From Comamonadaceae bacterium (GTDB taxonomy: Bacteria > Pseudomonadota > Gammaproteobacteria > Burkholderiales > Burkholderiaceae_C), in the NCBI GenBank assembly GCA_947453645.1, contig CANGHG010000005.1:6496-38495 (forward strand): a stretch of 32,000 nt of DNA. Reading direction: 5' to 3'. A program made the translations under genes and the position numbers. The first letter of the stretch is position 1. Every line of letters starts with the position of its first letter. The notes beneath the pieces are model-generated. The model saw only the letters and a list, made by a program, of their open reading frames with translations. It ran no database searches and was not told where the DNA came from. This document shows, piece by piece, positions 24,939 to 32,000 of the stretch.

Positions 24939-25889
24939 TCAGCGGCCCAGCACCTGGCCCTGTAAACCGGGGTGGCTGTGCACAAACTCGGCGGCACTGA
25001 TGCGCTTGGCCCCAGGGCGTTGCAGCTGCAGCAGTTGCAATACACCTTCACCGGTGGCCACGCTCAGCAGCTGGTCTTGAGCACTGAGCACGGTGCCGGG
25101 CTGGGATGAGGTCGTGGTGCCCAGGGCCTTGGCCGACCAAATTTTCAAAGCCGCGCCGCCCAGCAGGGTGTGCGCGCCGGGAAAGGGGTCGAAAGCACGA
25201 ATGCGCTGAGCCAGCAGATGCGCGGGCAAACGCCAGTCGATCAAGGCTTCTTCCTTCAATATTTTGGCGGCGTAGGTGACCCCCTCGCTTGGTTGCGGCA
25301 GGGCAGTCAACTGGGGCAGTTGCGCCAAGGTTTGCACCACCAACTGCCCGCCCAGCTGGGCCAGTTTGTCGTGCAGCGTGCTGCTGGTGTCGTCCATGGC
25401 GATGGGCAAGGCTTGGCGCATCAACACCGCACCCGTGTCCAGCCCTGAGTCCATTTGCATGATGCACACGCCGGTTTCGGGGTCGCCTGCTTCAATGGCG
25501 CGCTGGATGGGGGCGGCACCGCGCCAGCGCGGCAACAAGGACGCGTGGATATTCAAACAACCTTGCGCCACACTGTTCAAAGTCCAAGGGGGCAAGAGCA
25601 AACCGTAAGCCACGACCACCATCAAGTCAGCTCGCGCCTGCGCGATGGCTTGTTGGGCCTGCAAGGCGTCATCGGGGTTTTTGCCGTCCAAGCGCAGGCT
25701 TTGCGGTTGGCAAACAGGCCAGCCTTGGTCCAGGGCGTATTGCTTGACCGCCGAGGCTTGCAACTTCATGCCGCGTCCAGCGGGGCGGTCGGGTTGGGTC
25801 AGCACCAGGGCGATGTCGTGGCCAGCCGCATGCAAGGCCGCCAACGCCGTTTGGGCAAACACCGGCGTACCGGCGAACACGATGCGCAT
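24939..25889 (-). CDS. fmt: Methionyl-tRNA formyltransferase
   Basis: 316 aa. [12 protein letters not shown] and [20 protein letters not shown] motifs. Its ATG abuts the def stop (TAAATG). Confidence 0.93.
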   Translation of the reverse strand: MRIVFAGTPVFAQTALAALHAAGHDIALVLTQPDRPAGRGMKLQASAVKQYALDQGWPVCQPQSLRLDGKNPDDALQAQQAIAQARADLMVVVAYGLLLPPWTLNSVAQGCLNIHASLLPRWRGAAPIQRAIEAGDPETGVCIMQMDSGLDTGAVLMRQALPIAMDDTSSTLHDKLAQLGGQLVVQTLAQLPQLTALPQPSEGVTYAAKILKEEALIDWRLPAHLLAQRIRAFDPFPGAHTLLGGAALKIWSAKALGTTTSSQPGTVLSAQDQLLSVATGEGVLQLLQLQRPGAKRISAAEFVHSHPGLQGQVLGR

Positions 25890-26402
25890 TTAAACGCGCT
25901 CAGCGTCGCGCTGCGCTTTGAGCAATTTGCCTTTGATGCGCATGCGTTTGAGCGGCGAGAGGTATTCGACGAAGACCTTGCCCATGAGGTGGTCCATCTC
26001 GTGCTGAATGCAGACCGCCATCAGGCCCTCGGCCTCGATGATGCGCGATTGGCCATGCTCATCCAGCGCCTGCACCTTGACCTGCGCTGCCCGCTCGACG
26101 CCGTCGTAGATGCCGGGCACTGACAGACAACCTTCTTCGCCCTTGAGGCGCTCGTCGCTCATCCACAGCAACTCGGGGTTGATCAACACCATGGGGGAGT
26201 CGCGGTCTTCCGAGGTGTCCATGACCACCAAGCGCTGGTGAAAGTCCACCTGGGTGGCGGCCAGGCCCACGCCCTTGGCGTCATACATGGTTTCGATCAT
26301 GTCGGCAGCGAACTGGCGAATTTGGTCGTTCACCTCGGCCACGGGCTTGGCCACGGTGTGCAATCGAGGATCAGGGAAGCAAAGAATGGGGAGTAAAGCC
26401 AT
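25890..26402 (-). CDS. def: Peptide deformylase
   Basis: Track ORF trimmed to the ATG at 26402 ([14 protein letters not shown]). [14 protein letters not shown] and HEMDHL motifs. 170 aa. Confidence 0.93.
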   Translation of the reverse strand: MALLPILCFPDPRLHTVAKPVAEVNDQIRQFAADMIETMYDAKGVGLAATQVDFHQRLVVMDTSEDRDSPMVLINPELLWMSDERLKGEEGCLSVPGIYDGVERAAQVKVQALDEHGQSRIIEAEGLMAVCIQHEMDHLMGKVFVEYLSPLKRMRIKGKLLKAQRDAERV

Positions 26403-26547
26403 GCCGATATTGTCGCTTTTTTGCGGCCCAGGGTTGAGCGGCACTGACAAAGAACTTGTTTGGCGCTCACCCACTGTCTTCACCTGCTTGCTTACGCTTG
26501 ATAGACGTCTTCAGCACTTTCATCAACACCTCACAGCAAGGCCGCCC

Positions 26548-27702
26548 ATGAGCGCTTTCACACCCGACACCCCTGCCGCCGATTTGCCCGACTGGGCCGC
26601 ATGGCTGCGCCTGCAAATGACGCCCATGATCGGGCCGCAAACCCTGCGCGCTTTGCTGCAAAGCTTTGGTTCGGCCCCAGCCGTGCTGGCTCAATCCGCG
26701 CTCAGCCTGCAAGCTCATTTGAGTCCACCACAAATACAAGCCCTGCTGACCCTGCCGCCCGATTGGCAAGTCGTTTGCGAGCGCACCCAGGCGTGGCTGG
26801 GGCAGGGCACGGATGCGCTTGAACACGCGGTGTGGGCCTGGGGCGACCCAGGCTACCCCGAGGGTTTGCTGACCTTGCACGACCCGCCGCCACTGCTGTT
26901 CGCCCAAGGGCAGTTGCATCTGCCGTGCGAGAACAGCATGGCCATTGTGGGCAGTCGCAACCCCACGCCGCAGGGCCGTGAAAACGCACGTGCCTTGGCC
27001 CAGCAGTTGCACCTGGCGGGCTGTTGCGTGGTGTCTGGCTTGGCCTTGGGCATCGATGGGGCGGCGCATCAAGGCGCGTTGCAATCGGCAACGCCCGACA
27101 CCTGCGCCACGGTGGCTGTGGTGGGCACGGGCTTGGATCAGGTGTATCCCAGGGCGCACCAAGCCTTGGCGCGTCAGGTGGCGCAGCACGGCTGGGTGTT
27201 GAGCGAATTGCCCCCGGGCACACCGCCCATGGCGCATCACTTTCCCAGGCGCAACCGCCTGATCGCCGGCTTGAGCCACGGCGTCTTGGTGGTGGAAGCG
27301 GCCTTGAAGTCGGGCTCGCTCATCACCGCCGACTTGGCGCTGTCGCAGGGCAAGGAGGTGTTTGCAGTGCCTGGCTCCATTCACTCGCCTTTGTCGCGCG
27401 GATGCCATGCCTTGCTCAGGCAAGGTGCCAAGTTGGTGGAAACCGCACAAGACGTCTTGGAAGAACTCAACTGGCATTTGCCCATGCCCGCACACAGTGC
27501 GCAAGATCAGCAAACCAGCATGGCTAGCCCCAATGAAACCTCGATGCTGGAGGCCTTGGGTCACGATCCACAGCCCTTGGATGTGCTGTTGTTGCGCAGT
27601 GGATTGGCCTTGGATCAGGCTTTGGCAGCCTTGCATGGTTTGCAGCACAGTGCACAAGTGGCGCTCATGCCAGGTGGTTTTTACCAGCGGGTGAAATCGT
27701 GA
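26548..27702 (+). CDS. dprA: DNA-processing protein DprA (Smf)
   Basis: Track ORF trimmed to the ATG at 26548. IVGSRNPTPQG, VVSGLALGIDGAAH and FPRRNRLIAGL motifs. Divergent from def and followed by smg. Confidence 0.9.
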   Translation: MSAFTPDTPAADLPDWAAWLRLQMTPMIGPQTLRALLQSFGSAPAVLAQSALSLQAHLSPPQIQALLTLPPDWQVVCERTQAWLGQGTDALEHAVWAWGDPGYPEGLLTLHDPPPLLFAQGQLHLPCENSMAIVGSRNPTPQGRENARALAQQLHLAGCCVVSGLALGIDGAAHQGALQSATPDTCATVAVVGTGLDQVYPRAHQALARQVAQHGWVLSELPPGTPPMAHHFPRRNRLIAGLSHGVLVVEAALKSGSLITADLALSQGKEVFAVPGSIHSPLSRGCHALLRQGAKLVETAQDVLEELNWHLPMPAHSAQDQQTSMASPNETSMLEALGHDPQPLDVLLLRSGLALDQALAALHGLQHSAQVALMPGGFYQRVKS

Positions 27703-27727
27703 CCTCAAAACAGGTTATATTGCCTGC

Positions 27728-28222
27728 ATGTTCGATGTCCTTGTGTATGTTTACGAGCACTACTGGCGTGGTGAAGCCTGCCCCGAGTTGCCCCTCTTAG
27801 GCCGCAAACTCAGCGCGGCAGGATTCGACGCCGATGAAATTGAACAAGCCTTGTCCTGGTTGGCAGGCCTCAATATTGCAGCTCAAAGCGCCGACATCAT
27901 CCATGTCGATGCGCCCAAAACCCCCATTGAAACCGCTTATGTGCAGTCGCCCAACAGCATGCGCGTGTACTCGGAGGCCGAGTTGCAGCACGTGGGCACT
28001 GATGGCCTGGGTTTCCTCACTTTCATGGAAGGCGCTGGCGTTTTGCCAGCGCAAATGCGCGAGATCGTGGTGGACCGCGCCATGGCCGTGCCCAACTACC
28101 CGGTCAGCCTGGACGATCTGAAAATCATCGTGCTCATGGTGTATTGGAGTGCAGGCATTGAGCCCGATGCTTTGGTGCTCGATGAGCTCTGTGACGATCA
28201 AGTGGCCCGCGTGGCGCACTGA
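27728..28222 (+). CDS. smg: Smg (DUF494) protein
   Basis: 164 aa. N-terminal MFDVLVYVYEHY is typical of Smg. Conserved dprA-smg order. Confidence 0.85.
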   Translation: MFDVLVYVYEHYWRGEACPELPLLGRKLSAAGFDADEIEQALSWLAGLNIAAQSADIIHVDAPKTPIETAYVQSPNSMRVYSEAELQHVGTDGLGFLTFMEGAGVLPAQMREIVVDRAMAVPNYPVSLDDLKIIVLMVYWSAGIEPDALVLDELCDDQVARVAH

Positions 28223-28241
28223 GCTCGACGCCCCCATGAAC

Positions 28242-28263
28242 AACGGCACCCTCGGGTGCCGTT
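28242..28263. terminator. GC-rich hairpin between convergent smg and secF (no clear U-tract)
   Basis: AACGGCACC-CTCG-GGTGCCGTT: a 9-bp perfect stem with a 4-nt loop. Confidence 0.4.
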
Positions 28264-28281
28264 GTCGTTGGTGCCTGAGGT

Positions 28282-29238
28282 TTAAACCACCGCACCCGAA
28301 TTCGGGTCGTTCGGGTCTTCAAGCTCTTTTTTGCCAGACGCCTTGATCAGGTCTTCGCGGCGAATGCCCAACCACATGGCGATGGATGCGGCCACGAACA
28401 CCGAGGAGTAAATCCCAAACAAAATGCCAATGGTCAGCGCCATGGCGAAGTAATGCAGGGTGGCGCCACCAAACAGCAGCATGGACAAGACCATGAGCTG
28501 GGTACAGCCGTGGGTGATGATGGTGCGGCTGATGGTGGAGGTGATGGCGTTGTCGATGATTTGCACCGTGTCCATCTTGCGAAAGCGGCGAAAGTTCTCA
28601 CGCACCCGATCGAAAATCACCACCGACTCGTTCACCGAATAACCCAGCACGGCCAGCACCGCGGCCAGCACAGGGAGTGAAAACTCCCACTGAAAAAAGG
28701 CGAAAAAGCCCAAGATGATGACCACGTCGTGCAAGTTGGCGATGATGCCCGCCACAGCGTATTTCCACTCGAAGCGAATCGCCAGGTAAATCATGATGCC
28801 CACCACCACAAAGGCCAGGGCTTTCAAACCATCCACCGCCAACTCGTCGCCCACTTGTGGACCGACAAACTCGGTGCGCTTGAGTTCGGCGCTGGGGTCG
28901 GTTTCCTTCAAGGCAGCCAAGACCTTGGCGCTTTGCTCGCTGGCGTTGCTCCCCTTGGCCGCAGGCATGCGAATCAGCACGTCACGCGCCGAGCCGAAGT
29001 TTTGCACCTGCACGTCGCTCAAACCGAGCTTGGCGATTTGTTCACGCACGGGGTCTAAGGCCACGGGTTGCGCGAAGGCCACTTCCATCAAGGTGCCGCC
29101 TGTGAACTCGACCGACAAATGCAAGCCCTTGCTGAACAAGAAAAACACAGCGGCCAAAAAAGTGATGAAGGAAATGCCGTTGAACACCAGCGCGTGGCGC
29201 ATGAACGGAATGTCTTGGCGGATTTTGAAAAATTCCAT
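28282..29238 (-). CDS. secF: Protein translocase subunit SecF
   Basis: 318 aa. Starts 9 nt after the secD stop. Polytopic, with typical SecF blocks (GLHLSVEFTGGT, FDRVRENF). Confidence 0.92.
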   Translation of the reverse strand: MEFFKIRQDIPFMRHALVFNGISFITFLAAVFFLFSKGLHLSVEFTGGTLMEVAFAQPVALDPVREQIAKLGLSDVQVQNFGSARDVLIRMPAAKGSNASEQSAKVLAALKETDPSAELKRTEFVGPQVGDELAVDGLKALAFVVVGIMIYLAIRFEWKYAVAGIIANLHDVVIILGFFAFFQWEFSLPVLAAVLAVLGYSVNESVVIFDRVRENFRRFRKMDTVQIIDNAITSTISRTIITHGCTQLMVLSMLLFGGATLHYFAMALTIGILFGIYSSVFVAASIAMWLGIRREDLIKASGKKELEDPNDPNSGAVV

Positions 29239-29247
29239 GGTTTGCTT

Positions 29248-31143
29248 TCAGTCGGCTTTGGCTTTGGCGATCACATCGCGGGTGCCGCTGTCAGCGCGCC
29301 ACACGGTGCCGATGGACACAGTTTGCAAACGTTTTTGGCGGCCATACCAAAGGTTGACCAGGCCTCGTGAGAAAAACACCGCCGAGAACATGCTGGTGAG
29401 AATGCCCAAGCAATGCACCACGGCAAAGCCACGCACTGGCCCAGAGCCAAAGGCCAGCAGGGCCAAGCCTGCAATCAATGTGGTGACGTTGGAGTCCAAG
29501 ATGGTGGACCAAGCGCGGTCATAGCCTGTGTGGATGGCGGTTTGAGGTGCCGCGCCATTGCGCAGTTCTTCACGCACACGCTCGTTGATCAGCACGTTGG
29601 CGTCAATCGCCATGCCCAAGACCAGCGCCATGGCCGCCATGCCTGGCAGGGTGAGTGTGGCTTGCAACATGGACAGCACGGCCACCAAGAGCAGCAAGTT
29701 GACCGCCAGCGCAATGCTGGAGATGACGCCAAACAACATGTAATAGACGCACATGAAGACAGTCACTGCGACAAAGCCCCAGGTGACCGAGTCAAAACCT
29801 TTGGCGATGTTTTCAGCGCCCAGGCTGGGGCCGATGGTGCGCTCTTCAATGATGTCCATGGGCGCGGCCAAGGAGCCTGCACGCAACAAGAGGGCGGTGT
29901 CGGCGGCTTCCACGGTGCTCATGCGGCCCGAAATTTGCACCCGACCGCCGCCAATTTCAGAGCGAATGACAGGCGCTGTCACCACTTCGCCCTTGCCTTT
30001 TTCAAACAGCAAGATGGCCATGCGCTTGCCCACGTTCTCACGCGTCACGTCTTTGAAAATGCGAGCGCCTTTGGCGTCCAAGGTGAGGTGAACCGCTGCC
30101 TCTTGGGTTTGGTTGTCAAAGCCAGGTTGGGCATCGGTCAGGTTTTCACCGGTGAGCAGCACTTGTTTTTTGACCACCACGCCTTGGCCGTTGCGGTCCA
30201 GGTATTTCTCGGTGCCAAAGGGCACAGTGCCACTGCCCACCTCGGCCAAACGGGCCTCCGAGCTGTCGTCGGCCATGCGGATTTCCAAGGTGGCGGTGCG
30301 ACCCAAAATGTCTTTGGCCTTGGCCGTGTCTTGCACGCCAGGCAGTTGCACCACGATGCGGTCCAAGCCCTGCTGTTGAATCACCGGTTCGGCCACACCA
30401 AGTTCGTTGATCCGGTTGTGCAAGGTGGTGATGTTTTGCTTCAAGGCTTGCTCTTGCACCCGCTTGGCCGCTTCGGGCTTCAAGCTGGCGTGCAGCACCA
30501 CGCCGTCGTTGGCGGGGCTGATGGTGGTGAGCAAATCGCCAAACTGCTCGCGCATGAGGTTTTGCGCGTCGTCAGCCGCTTTGGGCTCGCTGAAAGCAAT
30601 GACGATCGTTTGTTGATCGCGCGAAATGCCGCTGTGGCGAATGCCTTTCTCACGCAAGGCGCTGCGCAAGTCGCCTGCGAGTGCCTCGGCTTTTTTGGTG
30701 AGTGCGGCTTGCATGTCCACTTGCAACATGAAGTGCACACCGCCGCGCAAGTCCAGACCCAGGTACATGGGTGCGGCGTTCAAGCTGGCCAGCCAATGCG
30801 GGGTGCGGGGAATCAGGTTCAGGGCCACCACGAAGCTGGGACTGTTGGCGTCCGTGTTCAAGGCGTGTTGCACCGTGTCCTTGGCCTTGAGTTGCTCGTC
30901 GGTGGTTTCAAACCGCAACTTGAGCGAATTGGCTTCCAAGGTGCTCAATGTGGGCGTGAGGCTGGCGGCCTTCAAAGCCTCTTCCACCTTGGCTTGAACA
31001 CCCAGGTCGAGTTTGACGCTGGCGCGTGCAGGCGAGACTTGCACCGCAGGCGCTTCGCCAAAAAAATTGGGCAGCGTGTACAAACTGCCCAGCAAGACCG
31101 CGGCCAAGATGACCGCGTATTTCCACAGTGAATAACGGTTCAT
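29248..31143 (-). CDS. secD: Protein translocase subunit SecD
   Basis: 631 aa. Large periplasmic domain followed by a 6-TM C-terminal domain (GLDLRGGVHF, DANVLINERVREE). Confidence 0.93.
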   Translation of the reverse strand: MNRYSLWKYAVILAAVLLGSLYTLPNFFGEAPAVQVSPARASVKLDLGVQAKVEEALKAASLTPTLSTLEANSLKLRFETTDEQLKAKDTVQHALNTDANSPSFVVALNLIPRTPHWLASLNAAPMYLGLDLRGGVHFMLQVDMQAALTKKAEALAGDLRSALREKGIRHSGISRDQQTIVIAFSEPKAADDAQNLMREQFGDLLTTISPANDGVVLHASLKPEAAKRVQEQALKQNITTLHNRINELGVAEPVIQQQGLDRIVVQLPGVQDTAKAKDILGRTATLEIRMADDSSEARLAEVGSGTVPFGTEKYLDRNGQGVVVKKQVLLTGENLTDAQPGFDNQTQEAAVHLTLDAKGARIFKDVTRENVGKRMAILLFEKGKGEVVTAPVIRSEIGGGRVQISGRMSTVEAADTALLLRAGSLAAPMDIIEERTIGPSLGAENIAKGFDSVTWGFVAVTVFMCVYYMLFGVISSIALAVNLLLLVAVLSMLQATLTLPGMAAMALVLGMAIDANVLINERVREELRNGAAPQTAIHTGYDRAWSTILDSNVTTLIAGLALLAFGSGPVRGFAVVHCLGILTSMFSAVFFSRGLVNLWYGRQKRLQTVSIGTVWRADSGTRDVIAKAKAD

Positions 31144-31149
31144 ATTGAT

Positions 31150-31476
31150 TTACTTGATGGAGCCCTTGGGCAGCACTTGCACGACGGCCGAGCGCTGCAC
31201 TTGAACGGTGACGCCATTGCCCACGTCCAAGCCAATTTGGTGGTCGCCGAGTTGGGCGATTTTGCCCAGCATGCCGCCAGACGTGACCACTTCGTCGCCT
31301 TTGGCCAGGGCGTCGAGCATGGCTTTGAGCTCTTTTTGGCGCTTCATTTGGGGGCGAATCATGACGAAATACAGCACCACGAACATGAGCACCAAAGGCA
31401 GCATGCTCATGAGGGAAGAACTGAGGTCACCACCAGCGGCGGCAGCCGGGGCGGTTTGGGCGAAAGCTGAAGACAT
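31150..31476 (-). CDS. yajC: Preprotein translocase subunit YajC
   Basis: Track ORF trimmed to the ATG at 31476 (AGGAGAG RBS). 108 aa. VLYFVMIRPQMKRQKE motif. Confidence 0.9.
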   Translation of the reverse strand: MSSAFAQTAPAAAAGGDLSSSLMSMLPLVLMFVVLYFVMIRPQMKRQKELKAMLDALAKGDEVVTSGGMLGKIAQLGDHQIGLDVGNGVTVQVQRSAVVQVLPKGSIK

Positions 31477-31566
31477 GAACACGAAAACTCTCCTATTAGA
31501 GGCAACCGGGGATTGTATGCGGATGGGTATGGACGCACAGCCCCGCAAGATTTCTCAGCCCAGGCA

Positions 31567-31621
31567 CCCGAACTGGGGCACTTTGTCTGCTCTTTCGCTC
31601 ACCAAAGCGCCCCAGTTCGGG
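31567..31621. repeat. 13-bp perfect inverted repeat with 29-nt spacer in the yajC / DUF1016 divergent region
   Basis: CCCGAACTGGGGC (31567-31579) pairs with GCCCCAGTTCGGG (31609-31621). Confidence 0.7.
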
Positions 31622-31793
31622 CGCCATGGTTTTGACTTTGCAGAGCTCCAGGTGATGTCAGGCTGTTTCAGGCCAGCACATGGGCCTGGATAGCGGCAAT
31701 TCATACTAGCAATCGATGTCATTTGGCTTCATTTCGACAATCAAATGGTTACCATGGTATTCATTAGCCTCAAATCTCTCAGCATTGATTCCC

Positions 31794-32000
31794 ATGAGTG
31801 AAGAAAACAACAAGGTACCCGCCAACGCCATGGGCGGTGAAATCAGCCCCGACTTGCACCAAGCTATCCGCGCCTTGCTGTTGGCTGCCCGGGCGCAGGT
31901 GCGGCAGACGGTGAATACCGCCATGGTGCAGACCTATTGGCACATCGGCCGCATGATTGTGGAAGACGAACAAGGCGGGCAAAAGCGAGCAGCCTATGGC
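31794..32000 (+). CDS. DUF1016 / YhcG-like (PDDEXK nuclease-related) protein, 5' end only; runs off the window
   Basis: Not in the ORF track because it has no stop. The ATG at 31794 gives MSEENNKVPANAMGGEISPDLHQAIRALLLAARAQVRQTVNTAMVQTYWHIGRMIVEDEQGGQKRAAYG. The VNxAMVxTYWxIGRxIVEEEQ block is typical of YhcG/DUF1016 N-termini as I recall them. Confidence 0.6.
   Translation, partial: MSEENNKVPANAMGGEISPDLHQAIRALLLAARAQVRQTVNTAMVQTYWHIGRMIVEDEQGGQKRAAYG

Overview
High-GC chromosomal window whose gene content and order look betaproteobacterial (Burkholderiales or Comamonadaceae-like; this is an inference). Almost all of it is coding. All calls are based on reading the translations and motifs by eye; no searches were run. 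Gene starts were re-picked by hand and are less certain than stops. The track translates GTG, TTG and CTG starts as M and often over-extends N-termini.

Layout:
- (a) 1-4024, + strand: the tail of a Calvin-cycle cbb operon (cbbX 3' end, cbbY, cbbF, cbbP, cbbA).
- (b) 4025-4360: a repeat-filled intergenic region.
- (c) 4364-10159: a housekeeping block (rsmI, divergent yraN-diaA-dolP, a beta-hydroxyacid dehydrogenase-family oxidoreductase, pilT, yggS, a RidA-family gene).
- (d) 10326-17013: central-metabolism genes pyk-fba-purC and pgk on the - strand, with a + strand Crp/Fnr regulator and a membrane fatty-acid desaturase between pyk and pgk.
- (e) 17081-23663, - strand: the standout locus. It is a divergent copper membrane monooxygenase operon in C-A-B order (pmo/amo-like, here called xmoCAB). 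A tightly packed or overlapping accessory set follows: a PmoD/AmoD-like protein, CopC, a CopD fused to a c-type cytochrome and a Cys-less thioredoxin-like domain, and a PHB-depolymerase-family esterase.
- (f) 23859-32000: azlCD, fmt-def, divergent dprA-smg, yajC-secD-secF, and the 5' end of a DUF1016/YhcG-like gene.

No rRNA, tRNA, CRISPR array, transposase or integrase was recognised.
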